64,000 nucleotides of DNA. It comes from Octopus sinensis. Lineage: Eukaryota. A program made the position numbers and the translations under genes. Within the stretch, counting starts at the first letter, position 1, and each line of letters starts with the position of its first letter. The stretch covers positions 129,952,001-130,016,000 of the forward strand of contig NC_042997.1 of the NCBI RefSeq assembly GCF_006345805.1, read 5' to 3'. Below the pieces are notes generated by a model. It searched no databases, was not told the DNA's origin, and saw nothing but the letters and a program-made list of their open reading frames with translations. Shown piece by piece: positions 63,765 through 64,000 of this stretch.

Positions 63765-64000
63765 TTACAAAAAACAAAAGACAAAGACAGGTGTGTAAAC
63801 AACAAACAGGTGTATTAGTTTAACACTTGGGAAGGTGAGAAAGTCCTTTACATTTGGAGTCTATGCTCTTCAACAGAAAGGGACACAAGAAAATAAACAG
63901 AGAGAGAATAAAAAAAGAGAGGATAAAGAAAGAGAGAATTAAAAAAGTGGGAGAAAAAAGAAGAAACAGAGGTAATAAAAAACGAATAAAAAGAGAAAAT
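63765..64000 (-). mobile_element. Second copy of the 1921-2140 family with a decayed hammerhead (63845-63880)
   Basis: Minus strand reads CTTT CTGTTGA A GAGC ATAG ACTC CAAA TG TA AAGG; GAAA is mutated to CAAA. Confidence 0.55.

Overview
AT-rich, repeat-saturated animal genomic DNA. By inference from the repeat families it is most likely an octopus or other coleoid cephalopod intron or intergenic region. I found no confidently identifiable host gene, rRNA, functional tRNA or CRISPR array, and nearly all ORFs in the track are microsatellite or antisense artefacts. The window is dominated by an RTE-clade LINE family. There is one near-full-length copy (about 48.4/49.6-53.3 kb, with a frameshift and two stops), one 5'-truncated copy with an intact 612-aa RT ORF (38.0-40.6 kb), further truncated copies, and about 20 orphan 3' tails. 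The RT carries a C4HC3 PHD-type finger between RT motifs 6 and 7, and the 3' UTR is a variable array of about 63-nt two-hairpin units ending in (GAT)n. Also present are four tRNA-derived SINE families, decayed maT (DD37D), mariner and hAT DNA transposons, TTAA MITEs, a non-autonomous Helitron and a 37-bp minisatellite. The most interesting signal is six minimal type-I hammerhead-ribozyme motifs or half-motifs in at least five different short elements, probably Penelope-like. They include variant cores (U4C, A6U), one motif fused to a long hairpin (56.7-56.9 kb) and one downstream of a tRNA-like Pol III head (36.9-37.2 kb). Other leads are a near-identical 103-bp inverted repeat 6.1 kb apart and a few weak candidate exons. 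All coordinates were read by eye and element boundaries are approximate.
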